In this document: positions 49,448 to 63,445 of the stretch, one piece after another
Layout of the letters: each line of letters begins with the position of its first letter
How positions within the stretch are numbered: the stretch's first letter is position 1
Source: Octopus sinensis
Lineage: Eukaryota
Reading direction: 5' to 3'
Assembly (NCBI RefSeq): GCF_006345805.1
Contig: NC_043013.1
Location: forward strand, 25,296,001-25,360,000
Length of the DNA stretch: 64,000 bases
Translations under genes and position numbers: made by a program
Notes under the pieces: model-generated
The model's input: the letters and a program-made list of their open reading frames with translations, nothing else
Databases searched by the model: none
What the model was told of the DNA's origin: nothing

Positions 49448-49959
49448 CCTGTCTATTCATCTATACACACACACATTGCTTCTATCAATCACATGTGACT
49501 TTGGATGCTATTTTGCTAGCATTCACTGAAAATAATTTAACACAAGTAAACAAGATTTCAATTTTACCAGATCAGTGTCCCCTTCATCACTTGGTGTAAC
49601 ATCTTCTTCTCTGGAGCTGTTTATTTGTTGATATTGATTATCAAAATGGCTACAGTTATTGACTTGTTCCTTTGTGTCACTCGTTTCCTCACAGCTAATT
49701 TGCCAAATCTGAGTTTTGTTAACAAATACGTGTTCTGATGAAGTTGACAACATAATACGGTGTTACTCCTGGGGCCCAATGGCAAGATGTTTCTTTTCTG
49801 CTTGTTTTTGCTCCCTGATCTGTATTCTTTGAACGCTCTCACTGAAAGGACCACAAATTTATGAGCAAACAGATATATTTGACAATACAAAAAAATAGAA
49901 AAGCAAGTCAAGATAAACCACTTGATTTTTCTTATCTAAATATGTTCATATTGCCCTAA

Positions 49960-50050
49960 ATTTGCTATTAAGGAGTTTGTGTGTGTGAATGTGTGAGTGT
50001 GTGTGTATCCATACATACATACATACATATATAAATAGATAGATATATGC

Positions 50051-50082
<32 letters not shown>

Positions 50083-50477
50083 GTGTGTGTATGTATGTAT
50101 GTATGTATGTATGTGTGTGAGTATGTATGTATGTGTGTATGTATGTGTGTATATGTATATATGTGTATGTGTGTGTATGTATGTATGTATGTATGTATGT
50201 ATGTATCATTGAGAGGGAGACCAATAAGCATGTCAACAATACCAAGGACTCGTTGATGCCTCTAATATGGGAGGTTATGACTAACAAGAATAAAGATCAC
50301 CTGATCAATATATTTAGTCATTTCAGAAGCCATATTGTGTCAGTTATCAAGGCGAATGGTAATTTTATTGAATAGCCTTTTGCAATGTATGTATGTGTGT
50401 ATGTGTGTGTGTGTATGTATGTATGTATGTATGTATGTATGTATGTATGTATGTATGTATGTATGTATGTATGTATG

Positions 50478-50510
<33 letters not shown>

Positions 50511-50570
50511 GTGTGTGTATGCATGTATGTTAGTGTGTACTTATGTGTGTGTATGTATGTATGTGTGTGT
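49960..50570. repeat. (TATG)n/(TG)n compound microsatellite
   Basis: Long TATG/TGTA runs. Similar (TA)n, (CA)n, (GA)n, (ATCT)n and (ATC)n tracts occur throughout the window, e.g. 2710-2780, 12870-12990, 49345-49450 and 51180-51360. Confidence 0.95.
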
Positions 50571-51055
50571 GGTCATGCGCTGTTTATCTTGATATGAGAT
50601 CACCATGTCATGCACATATAGTTGTGATGCATGGTGATCTCATATCAAGATAAACAGCGCATGACCTTACAAGTGGGACCCAGTTAGAATTTTCTTCTGG
50701 TTGAGTAGCCCATCCTGCTCAAAAGGTCCCTGATTAAGGGTTGTTTAAGGATGTTGAACAAAACACCCATGTTTCCAAATGTGAATTATCCAAACCCCAA
50801 AGAATCCCTCTCAACACATGGCTATGATACTCCCCCACTACTTCTGCTCATGATCAGAGATACACATATCATCAGCCACTAAGGAACATGGTCAACTGGT
50901 TACGGTCAAACAACTGACAAGCAAATCTGTGGTACTGAGTAGAATATTTGCTGCAGCCCCTCTTTTATACCAAGACAAAACAATGTACATGATAAAACTT
51001 CCAATCAGTTAAGATCAGAAGCCACAAGAGCCACTGCCTGGTACTGCATCAGGGC

Positions 51056-51109
<54 letters not shown>

Positions 51110-51628
51110 GAGAGGATGAAATTAGAAACCTCTTTCAGTTAAAACATTAAACATTTGAAACAATGTGAAAGAAAAAGTGTCAACTAAAATTATCATCATC
51201 ATCATCATCACCACAACCACTGCTATTACCACCACCGTTGCCATCAGCATCACAATTATCATCATCATCACCATTACTTTCACCATTACTACCATTTCTG
51301 TTGTTGTCAAAGCCATCACCATCATCATCATCATCTCCCTCACCACCACTACCACCACCACATGTCTTCCACTATCTTCATCATTGCCATACTTTTTTCT
51401 TCTTATGCCCATTTTCCTATGCTGGCATGGAATCGCTAAATTGTTTTCCATTCGTATCATCTTGTATTCATGACAACAGAACAAAACAACCAACTTTAGT
51501 GCTGTACAGGCCTTACAGTATAGACCAGTGGTTCCTAACACTTTTATTTGAATGAAGTTTCCTATGGACACCTTTTAATATGCCTATTCTTATGTATATA
51601 TAATCATCATCATCATCATTATTGTTTA

Positions 51629-51664
<36 letters not shown>

Positions 51665-52530
51665 TATATATATATATGTACGTATGTATGTATATATATA
51701 TATATGTATGTATGTATATATATTAGAAGGTTTGGAGATGATGTACAGGTATTATATATTAGAAGAAATGAGGTACTCAGAAATCTGGATGGTTTTATAT
51801 TTACAGATATTTATTAGTATGTTACATGTTTTTATAAATCATGTATCATATATTAGCACTTTCGTCCACTCTAGTGGAATCTTCAATAATAATGTATATG
51901 ACTTGAGATGTTTTGCCTTGCCTTAGTGTTTGATGTCCTGTATAACAATTATATATTTGCTGCATCGGAAATCTGCAATGGCTCCATAACTATCATCTTG
52001 GCTATAACCTAGGAGCCTCAGTAATCCATTACAACACTTATCTGGTGTACCTAATCATTTAGATCATCTGCGAACTTTGAATATATATATATATATATAT
52101 ATGAATAAGGGCAAAAAGAACAAAAATTCTTTGTCAATATGCTGAAAAATAGACACTAAATTGTGTAACTACATAAAATATTGTCACTTGTATTATTTTA
52201 CACCATATGCCGAAACCAGGAAAGCAAGCTAACAGAAATTCATAAAAATATAGTTATCCCCAAATCAGTTCTGATTTCTGGTTTAATCATCCAAAAAGTG
52301 AAAATATTTTGTGGTTAAACGATTTAGTGCCTATTTTTCAGCATATTGGCAAAGAAGATTTTTTCTTTTTGCCCTTATTTATAATTGTATAATTTTCACC
52401 TTAAAAGATATTTCTCATATGCTGGCCTCTGATAAAATTTTTTAATAAAATTTTATCCTTATATTAGAAGAATATATATATACATATACATATATATATA
52501 TATATATATATCTATATATATATATATAAG

Positions 52531-53150
52531 GTTAATCCAAACGGGAAAACAGAAAAAACAACAACACGTGGAACAAATAAAGTATTATTATTAGGCGCTC
52601 AGGAAAAAGGGAAGAAGGAGGGTATGACGTTTCGAGCGGAGCTCTTCGTCGGAAACATAAGAGAAGGAAGAAAGAAAGATCCCGAGGTGGGCGAACGGAG
52701 GGAAAAAAACGCGACTGGTTTTTACGAAGTAAACATGCTGAAAGGCCGGAAGTTTTGGATAACAGGGGCTGGTTTTTAAAGACAAAAGAGCGGAAAAAGG
52801 AAGGTTGGTAACAACTCGATGAATGGGAAGAATAATGTGTATGTATGTGTGAGTGTGTACGTGTGCGTGTGTGTATGTGTGTGTAAGGCGAGATAAAAAA
52901 AAAAATGTATATGTTAGTGCGTGCGTCTGTATGTAAGTGTGTGTATTTAGGGCGAAAGGTAGTTGACATAGCAGTCGCAAGTCAGTGGTCAGTGGTAAAA
53001 GGAGGAAAGAGGGAATGGGTGGGGGCGTATGTACGTGCCATGTGTGTGTTGAGTTGTAGTGTGTGTGTGTCCAGTGTGCGTAGTTGTATGTATGGCAAGT
53101 AAATTTGAAGTGTGTGTAAGTGTATTGTATATATATATATGCAAATGTGT
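52531..53150 (-). mobile_element. Penelope-like terminal fragment with hammerhead motif
   Basis: Minus strand TGTTT-CCGACGA-A-GAGCTCCGCTC-GAAACGTC-ATAC at 52621-52660. Homologous to 34858-35480 and abuts (TA)n. Confidence 0.6.
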
Positions 53151-53158
53151 GTGTGTGA

Positions 53159-53194
<36 letters not shown>

Positions 53195-53196
<2 letters not shown>

Positions 53197-53600
53197 CTGA
53201 GAATATGTGTCTGTCTGTCTGTGTGAATCCCTAAAACTTGAGAACTACACAACCAATTTCATTCAAATTTTACACATGCCTTACTTAGGGTCCAGGGAGT
53301 GTCATGGGCAAAAAAAAATTTTTAACTTCTTGCCTAGGGCAATATCATATCTTCTCCACTATTTCAGTATTACATGTTAAAAGTGAAACAAAAACATCTC
53401 TCTATTGTAATGTCAGATACTTTCACTTTAATACTGAAACTATTAAAGTCAAACTATTATATAAGAGGGATGAACCATTAACAGTGGACATCCATTTTGC
53501 TAGAAGAAGATCTGCTATGGTCTTATATGCTACACCACTGGTTGCCAATTCATATTAATCAAATTAATATTCAATTTCTCACCCTTATTATTTTAAATTT
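53195..53600 (+). mobile_element. Non-autonomous Helitron-like 5' fragment
   Basis: TATATAACTGAGAAT...(TGTC)n...AAAACTTGAGAACTACACAACCAATTTCATTCAAATTT, similar in layout to the 5' ends of non-autonomous Helitrons. Recognised by eye. Confidence 0.45.
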
Positions 53601-54583
53601 AAATTTAAACCCAGGACCATGTGTTTTGGAACGAAGTTTGTTACCACACAGCCACACCTGCACCTATGTATGTGTGTGTGTGTGTATAACTGTATATGTA
53701 TACATTTATTTCTATACATATAGATGTATATGTATACATGTATATGTGTAGATGTATATATATATATAGATGTACATGTAATATGTACACATATATATTC
53801 ACATATATACATGCATACATATATACACTCATACACACACCACACACACACACACATACGTAGGTGCAAGTGTGGCTGTGTGGTAACAAACTTTGTTCCA
53901 AAACACATGGTCCTGGGTTCAGTCCCACTGTATGGTGACTTGGCAGGTGTCTTCTGCTAGCCTCAGACCAACCAAAGCCTTGTCAGTGGATTTTGTAGAC
54001 AGAAACTGAAAGAAATCAATCGTATATATATGTATATATGTAAGTCTGTGTGTGTTTCTTTGTGTTTCTCCCTCATCACTGCCTCACAACTGGTGTTCGT
54101 TTATTTACATCCCCATAACTTACTGGTTTCACAAGAAGAAACTGATAGAATAAGTACCAGGCTTATCAAAATAAAAAAAAAACACTAGGCATGGCCGCAG
54201 TCAAATGACTGAAACAAGTAAAAGAGTAAAGAGCAGTATCTCATATTTTTGTTTGTGCACACAATTTATCTTTGTGTGTGTGTGTGTGTGTATACATACA
54301 TACATACACATATATATATATGGACTTCGTAGACAGAAACTTAAAGAAATCAATTGTATACATATGTATGTATATATTTAAGTGTATGTGTGTGACTTTG
54401 TTTCTGTGTTTCACCCTCATCACTGCTTCACAACTGCTGTTCGTTTATTTACATCCCCATAACTTACTGGTTTCACAACAAGAAACTAATAGAATAAGTA
54501 CAAGGTTTATCAACATAAAAAAAGCAGTACGCTGTGTCTCATATTTTTGGTTGCCCACTCAGTTGTATCTATCAATCTATCTT

Positions 54584-54623
<40 letters not shown>

Positions 54624-54655
54624 ATACACACACACACACACAAGCACACACACAC

Positions 54656-54713
<58 letters not shown>

Positions 54714-54724
54714 ACATTCGTATT

Positions 54725-56382
54725 TATTATATCAAAGACAATGTCTTTATGTGTTCGTGTATTACTTATACATTCGAAAATTGCTGCACCGATCATAATG
54801 AAATTTGGAACACAAAATCGAAGCCTAGGGAGAAGGGCAATGCTGTGTGTTTCATACAATTTCATGGACCAAAATTACTGAATGGATCCTTATGATATTT
54901 GAAACTTAGATTCAATGCATAAGGGCGGGTATAATGCAATATGTTTGGTTTAAATTTCAGATGCTTAAAGGGGGCAGAACCCCCCATGAAAATTCATAAA
55001 TTTTTGATGTTGATGAAATTTCAACCATGGGTAATTGACACACATCAAGAAGTATTCTCAAAGTTTCCACTTCACATGAGGATTCTAAGACACCCTAATG
55101 GGGGCCTAAACTCCCAAATTTTAGTCATTTCTTTTATGATCCAAAACTAAGTCAAAAGTACTGAATGGATCTTTACGAAATTTGGAAATTATATTCTATG
55201 CATAAAGGTCACAACCCCCATAACAATTTATATATTTTTGCTGTTGATGAAATTTTAACCATAGATATTAGATACAAATGAAGTAATATTTATAAAATTT
55301 CATCTTCTTACAAGTTAGAAAGATCCCTTCATGGGGACTTAACACTCACAATTTTGTCATTTTATCTAAGTAAAGACAAATAGTTGTACTCTAGGAAGCT
55401 GTGGGGTCATCTGAGTATAGAAGATGAGCATTATTTGTAATTCAATGATACAACAGTGTAAGAGTTTGCTTTGACATACACTTAGATTGTGATTTCTGCA
55501 ATGTGCTGCATAAATTGTCAAGTAAATGAGAGGCATCTTTGCCTCCACTGATTCAGTTGCAAAGTGTTGAGTAAAATTATTTGATTGCAGATCTCTTTTC
55601 AGTCTTTTTATTATCACTGGGTTACACATAGTCCCCACATGGTAACATTGATTTCAAGGCCTTCCCAGACGAGTGGCTGGTTATTCAAAGACATTTATAG
55701 CTTGTATATTTATTCTATCCAGTTACGTATCAGTATAGTGGTCATTTGCAAACTCCAACTTTCATTTCTCCTTAGCCCTCACGTCACACAGTTCTTAATG
55801 TTTATTTCAGTTGGGTCACGCCCTTCCAATTGCTATAGATTGGTAATGCATCTTATGGCTGTGCCTGTCACCTGCATGGTGAGGAATACGACATTGGGAG
55901 TGGCAACGACTAGGGTACTGTAGCTGACTGCTTATTGTGATCATTCATCTTTTGGTTTCCTTTAGCTTTGCTCTCTTTTACAAACCCAATGAACATATAT
56001 TTCCTATTTCAAAGAAATTCAATAGATATAAGACCCAAGTTAAAAAGATTATCAACAATTCAACTTCTCTGGTTGACATTAAGATACCCCCCACCAATAG
56101 GGGACTTAACTCTCACATTTTAGAGTGCTCCATGACCTCCATTTTTCAGGAGTAAAATCCTTTTAACAGGTTCTATAAGGCTGGAATTTTGGAATATGCA
56201 CATAAAAATCAGTAGTATGGGATACATGTGGCACAATTACAATTTTGTTTGGGTGTGTAAAGAGGGAAATAACCCTCATCCGCAATTTTGATGAAATTCG
56301 AAGCATAGGTATTTCAGTTCATTACAGAAAAGTCTAATTCTTCAATTGTATGTAATTCGGGCAATGCCGGTTAACTCTGCTA

Positions 56383-56383
<1 letters not shown>
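54725..56383 (+). mobile_element. Non-autonomous Helitron-like element
   Basis: 3' terminus is a GC-rich hairpin (CGGGCAATGCCGG) about 10 nt before CTAG (56380-56383) followed by T. Internal degenerate repeats (ATGAAATTT, GGGGxxTAAACTC, TACTGAATGGATC). Confidence 0.6.
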
Positions 56384-56418
<35 letters not shown>

Positions 56419-57732
56419 TTTTTTTTCTCTAGTTTCAGCTCAGAGCTGCGGCCATGCTGATGCACCGCCGTTTTGTGCTATACTGTTATTGTGAAGAACC
56501 TCGTCTAATATGTGGCACTTGGTGAAGAATGGAGATTGATATAGCAACTCTCATTTGCACCTCTTGCCGTGAGGTAGGTTCATCTGGGACTCTCGACAGG
56601 AAGATGTCCAGCTTTGATTTAAAAACCGTTCATTTGTCATTGCCTCTGTGAGGCCAAATGCTTGAAAGGTGCTTTTTATGTGCCACCAACAAGGGTGCCA
56701 TTTATGTGACACCAGCATCAGCCATGATTATGATTTCACCTGGCCTGACAGGTCTTCTCAAGCATGGCACATCACCAAAGTCACTACCTTGTGATGCCTG
56801 ACGTTTGAAGATCATGCTTCACCACCTCACACACACACACATGACAACAATAATAACATAATTGGTGACCTATTAAACTCCACAATTAAGATCCCTTCAC
56901 AATCTAGCTGTCCACTTCCTCTTTTGCTCTGAATACCACAACTGACTCATCATCCTCATTGCCATCATGTCCTGCTGCTATTACCCTTACCACTATTAAA
57001 CAATAGCAACAACAAGGAAATTAGCATTGGAAGTCACTCTTCAATACTAAGACAATTGATGACCTATTCAACAACACAGTCCCTGGCTCTTCACCATAGT
57101 CAGGCCATTCAGATTCTTCTCAGAATAATACAAGAGATCCATCATAACCATTGTCATCCTATTTTACTGCTGCTGCTGCACCACCACCGCCACTGCCACC
57201 GCCGCTGCCGCCACCACCACCACCACCACCACTACAATAAATGAAGAATCACCCTCCCCATTCCCCGTCCACCTCAGTCTGAATGAATACCTGACAGCTC
57301 TATGATAAATCTGTCAAATGTAAATAGGGGCAGAAGTGGTTCTGGGTTCAGTTTCACTGTGTGATATGTTGGACAAGTGTCTTCTTCTAGAGCCTCAGGT
57401 TGACCTGGTAGATGGAAACTGAAAGAAGCCCGTTGTATATATATATATATATAATATATATATATATATATACAACGGGCTTCTTTCAGTTTCCATCTAC
57501 CATCATAATATAAATATATGCATATATACATACATATATATGCATATATACATACATATATATGTATATATACATGCATATATGGGTACAGGACATTAAA
57601 AAAAAGTTGAACACAATGAGAAACGAAAACAAAAACAAAAACATAGAAACAAACTTTTTTTTTGAACAACGAAAAAAACAGAGAAACAAGACATGCAACT
57701 TAAATAATTTTTTTTTCTTTTTTTTTTCATTG

Positions 57733-57950
57733 CCCACAAGGGGCTAAACATAGAGGGGACAAACAAGGACATACATAGGTATTAAATCGATTATATCGAC
57801 CCCAGTGCGTAACTGGTACTTAATTTATCGACCCCGAAAGGATGAAAGGCAAAGTCGACCTCGGCGGAATTTGAACTCACAACGTAACGCAGACGAAATA
57901 CCGCTAAGCATTTCGCCCGGCGTGCTAACGTTTCTGCCAGCTCGCCGCCT
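57733..57950 (-). mobile_element. tRNA-derived SINE, family B
   Basis: Minus strand AGGCGGCGAGCTGGCAGAAACGTTAGC...GAGTTCAAATTCCGCCGAGGTCGACTTTGCCTTTCATCCTTTCGGGGTCGATAAATTAAGTACCAG. CpGs are retained, suggesting a young copy. Diverged copies at ~14195-14480. Confidence 0.75.
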
Positions 57951-60829
57951 TATGCAACTTAAATAATGTTCCCCTTCTCCAGTTGTCCCTGTTTCATCTA
58001 CTCCGCATTACAAAGGCAAGGACAATACGCGACTTCGTATAGTTCCTCCCACAAAGCAAATTAAATTAAATTAAATTTGCAATTTTTTGCAAAGGGTGAA
58101 AGTGGTAACAAGAACAGGACAGTGAGAACAAAACAGCAAAAACAAATGGTGAGGGCTGTTAAGCCAAAAAATTAGAAAAATTATTATGAATGCTAGGAAG
58201 ACAAGCTTATGAGAGGAGACAGTATAAGCACGTGTTGTCTTTAGTAAAGTAATGGGCAGAAAGATAGATTCTCTTTCGTCACGTGTCAATGATGAGAGAG
58301 TCGAGGAGGATGAGTGAGAGAGAGGGGAAGAGGAGAGGAGAAGAATAGGAAAGGGTGGGAGAGAAAACCAGAAAGGATGAAGAACAGGAGAGGGAGAGAG
58401 ATAGACAGGGAAGACATAGTAAAGATAGAAGAGTGCACATCGTAATTATTTAGATAAAACTTACTTGGAAAAGGATGCGTGGCGTTCAATCAAATAATAA
58501 TATAAATAATATATAAATATATGCATATATACATATATGTACATACCTACATATATATGTATATATACATGCATATATGGGTACAGGTCGCTTGACAACA
58601 GATGTTGGTGTGTGTATGTCCCTGTAACTTAGTGGTCGGGCAAAAGGGCCTATAAATAAGTACTCAGCTTATAAAGAAAAAGTCCTGGGGGTGATTTGTT
58701 TATCAAAAGGTGGTACTCCAGCATGGCTGCAGTCAAATAACTGAAACAAATAAAAGAATAAAGTAAAAATACAATTAAAATTATCAACAAAGGAAACCCC
58801 AAAATATGTTGCCGTTCTCAATGCAAAGGGCTATGCATTACGCAGTGATTGTAACTTCACTCATTTACCTGAGACAAGATACACAGTTCGTACAAGCAAC
58901 ACTGGCCAATGTCAAAGCACACATCTTACACCACCACCATCACCATTAAATGCTAAATCACATTTAATAACTTCTGCACATGTAACCTGGAATCCTAAAT
59001 CTGTTGCTATTCTTTGCACAAAAGGTTATGTCTGATGTGTGACTGTCCCTTCACTCATCTTCCTGGGACTTGATACCCTAGTAAAAGCATAACACCAAAC
59101 CACCAGATCTACAGTAGGAATGTCCAGTGCTGGTCCAGACTTTCATTGAAACCCAGAAGTCACCCAGATATCTACTGGGTCCAATAGTAAAACCAACAGC
59201 CACAAACCATAGAACTCAAACCACATTCAACAGTGCAACCATACTTCGATTAATATATATATATATATATATATATTATGTGAAATAGAAAGATGAATAA
59301 TCTTGTTGTAGATTAATCAAAAGTTATATATATATATATACATGTGTGCATGCATGTGTGTGTGTGTGTGTATGTGTGTGTGTGTGTGAGTGTGTGTATT
59401 TGTCTCCCCCACCATCACTTCACAACAGATGTTGGTGTGTTTATGTCCCCATCACTTAGTGGTTCAGAAAAAGACCCCAATAGAATAAGTATTAGGCTTA
59501 CTAAGAATAAGTCCTAGGGTCAATTTGCTTGACTAAAGCTAGTGCTCCAGCATGGCTGCAGTCAAATGATTGAAACAAGTAAAAGAATACACACACACAC
59601 AAAAAAAACACAAATATGAATACTTATCATCATCATCATCAGCAGCAGCAGCAGCAGCCTCATCCTTCTCCTCCTCATCATCGTTTAACATCCATTTTTC
59701 ATGCTGGCATGGGTTGGACGGTTTACCTGAGGACTGGCTGCACTAGGCTCCAATCTGATTTGGCAACGTTTCTACAGCTGGATACCCTTCCTAACGCCAA
59801 CCACTCCGAGAGTGTAGTGGGTGCTTTTTACATGCCACTGGCACAGGAACCAGTCAGGCGGTACTGCCATCGGCCACATTTGGATGATACTTTTTACGTG
59901 CAACTGGCACAGGAGCCAGTCAGGGTGGGGGAGCCTGGCATCAACCATGTTTGGATGGTGCTTTTTATGTGCCATCAGCACGGGGAGCCAGTCAGGCAAC
60001 ACTGGCAACAACATACCCACACACACACACACACATATGGTTGATGCCAGTGTTACTTGACTGGCTCCTGTGCTAGTGGCACATAAAAAGCACCCCTACA
60101 CTTTTGGAGTGGTTGGCATTAGGAAGCCATAGAAACCTTGCCAGATCAGATTGGAGCCTGCTGCAGCCTCCTGGCTTGTCAGTCCTAAGTCAAACAGTCC
60201 AACCCATGCCAGCATGGAAAGCAGATGATGATGATGATGATATATATATATTTACAAAACTTCAACAAATGATATAATGTGATAGGTATGTGCAATAAGT
60301 GTTCAGGCTGGTTTACCACTACAACCCTAGCTTGAACAGCAGCTGAAACAAAGGTATTGTTGAAGCTGCCTATCAAAGATGGCTATAAGTAGTTCATCAT
60401 TGAGCAGCTAGATATACAGTAGGAAAAAAGATGAACAAGTAAAATATGTGGGATCACTTTAGAGCATGTCATTTTTAATCCAAACATAATTGCTGAGTAG
60501 TTACAGTAAATAAGGGATTTAGAAATAATACGTAAAATTCCTTGCAGTTGTTTCTAGAATAGCTGAGCATATGGATCATATGTTATTTCCATATAAGTCA
60601 ACTATTCTGTCTTTGGAAAGAAAAAAATTAAAGAATATCTTTAATAAAGGACATTAGCAGTTATCAATTCAGTGAAGAATTAAGGAACATCCTTAGTGAA
60701 AGATAATAGTGGTTAGCACTTACATGATCAGAGAATTAAGGAAATCCTTAGTAAAAGATAACAGCAGTTTGCAGTTCCATTGTTGAAGGATCAAGGAATA
60801 TCCTTAGTAAAAGATAAAAGAAGTTACTA

Positions 60830-61620
60830 GTGCCATCTCATGAAACAACTTGCTGTAAAATGTGGTGCAGAAATAAGTCAGCAGCTTAAACAAGTTGATT
60901 TCCTATCTGATACCATACAAAATATAATCCTAGACCATATGCTCATAACACCCTACATGAGATCAGAAAAATTGTTGGAGATTCCATGTTTATTGATGTT
61001 ATATGTGATTGCTCTGGCATGCAACAAAAATCCATTATTGTCATTACGTTTCTGAAAGCCAAGATGTCCACAAAGATTTTCAAGGCTTTTATGATCCTCC
61101 TGACTACTCTTTGAAGGCACTGACTAAAGTTATTCTGGATGTTTTTGTTGCTTAAACATTTCTCTGGGATCAAGGTTATGCTGCTTTTGCCATTGATGGC
61201 ACACATACCATGAGCAGAAACATTTCAGGCACACAAAAGAGATTGAAAGACATGTTTCCTGCTACATATTTTGTACACTGCAGAAACCACTCTCAGAATC
61301 ATATCCTCCAAGAAGTTGGATCTATGGCTGCTGTGGTCACTGATGCATTGAACCTTGTTCATTACTGCACCATTCTTCTGAAAGCACTATGCACAAGCCT
61401 TTGTGATGAGAATGTCATCGTGCTGCAAGCCAGTGTCTGTTGCATCAAGTCAGAGGATGTTCAGCACACTTTGCTGTTTGAAGACATGACTCCGTATCAC
61501 AATGAAGCAACACTGTCTGACACACTGTGCTGTAATGTATGTACATAAAAAAAACTTGTGCAATGCAAACACTTTGGACATTCTCTTGAAAAACTTCATC
61601 ACCAAAACAAGTGAGCATAG
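60830..61620 (+). pseudogene. Decayed hAT-like transposase remnant
   Basis: AIDGTHTMSRNISGTQKRLKDMFPATYFVHCRNHSQNHILQE resembles the hAT CxDGAxxMSG...FVHCxxHxLNL region. Multiple frame breaks. Confidence 0.55.
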
Positions 61621-63404
61621 AAAACTTTTTGGAATGATTTGAAGCATTACTTTCCCATTTATAATAATGAAAATTATTATTATATTTGTTTTTATTTTGA
61701 TATCAAGATTGAAAAAATTGGCCTTGTTTGTAAAAAATTATGGACCTGAGCTTGCACCTCCTAAGTAAATTTCGTGCAATTGAGCAAATGATTTCATGAT
61801 CAAAAGTTTTCGAGTTGTGATCATTCGGTCTTTTGTCAGAGACAATCGTTATCCAATAGATTCTATTCTTAAAGGCATTAGACTGTGGTTTGTGGGTTAT
61901 TTGGTTGCTGTTTAGCAGGTTTGGCATCTGTAAAGAAGCTCTCTCATTCGTTCGATTGCTACAAAGTTTAAAACAACTGTGGTGGTGGTGGTGAGAGTGC
62001 TGGTGTGGTACTTAGCAGCTTCATATAATAATCTTCCTTCTGCTCCACTTGATATCTAGAACCTCTCTTTTGACTATATCAGGTTTAAAAATATAAGAGT
62101 CAACGACGAAACCTCAAATACAAGCCTCTTTCTCATGATTAAGATGGCAATCCTGAAAAAGCAGATATAATTAATATTTATATGACTTAAAAAGCAGGAG
62201 TTGAGAAGGAGCTAGCATATAACTAGAAAATCGCAGCTTCTGCTAATTCTATCCGGAGCCATATCACTTTCATCTTTGCCATTAACAGCTTGAATGTCCC
62301 AGATGCTTTTTCTCTGCCTCACAAAAATTATTACGATAATTTTTCCTAACTCTTTATTGATTTAAAAAAATTTTTCTCATTTTTGATAAGGCTGCCATTT
62401 CAGTTTCATAAAACGCTGCAACAAAATTTTTGAAAACCAGCAGATTATGCCAGATATTGGCTTAAAATGAAAATTTTGTCAGTATACATACACACACATA
62501 GGCATGCACGCATACCTACTCTATTCACAAATATATACCTATATTTTTTCTAACTTATGGATTCTTAGACGACAATGTATGTTTGTACATCTGTCTGTCT
62601 GTCACTGAATGGCAAATGAATAAGAATTACGTAATACTCAACTTCATTAGCTTATAACAGTTTGCTCTATAAGAAACAGAGTACTCAAAGCTGACTGTCT
62701 GCAACATCTTATAGCTTATGCGGAGCCCTTAAAAATGAAGTGTATGTGTCCATCTCATTTTGGAACACACACACACACACACACGAGGGTTACCAAGAGG
62801 TTGGCTCTAATTTACTCAGTAATAGTATAGTCAATGCGATTCTTTATAAGTTAAAATCTTAAACTACCGTCTAACTCCATCCCCAAAGTAACATGCAGTC
62901 CCGAAGCGTAACGCAATTCACTTTAATAGCTTGATCTTGTAACTAATCACAACTAATCCGCATCAGAATATTTATTGTATTTAAGCCATTGTTGACGTCC
63001 AAGTAGATAAACCATATGGATCAGATAGGGTATCTGCTACAAAACAAGTATTCACTGGGCGGGGTATTAATCCAAGAATCAACGAACAAAAATAAAAACA
63101 AAAAACAAAAATAAAAACAAAGCGCACATGTATGTATATGAAAAATGTGAATGAATTTCATAAGTAGGTGCACACACAGACGTGGGTGTGTGTGTGTGTG
63201 TGTGTGTGTTGCATATGTGTGTGCGCGCGCGCAGTAAAATAGCTGAGAACATCTTGAAGATGTACACTGAAAACTTTTGATACCATTAAAAAAAAAGGAA
63301 GAAAAGAAAAGAAAAAGAAAGGAAATCAGTGAATTCCACGAAGTGTTTTAAATGGCCTAAAATGCAACAATATAGGAACGATCTTTTCTGACAAACAGCA
63401 GTCA

Positions 63405-63445
<41 letters not shown>

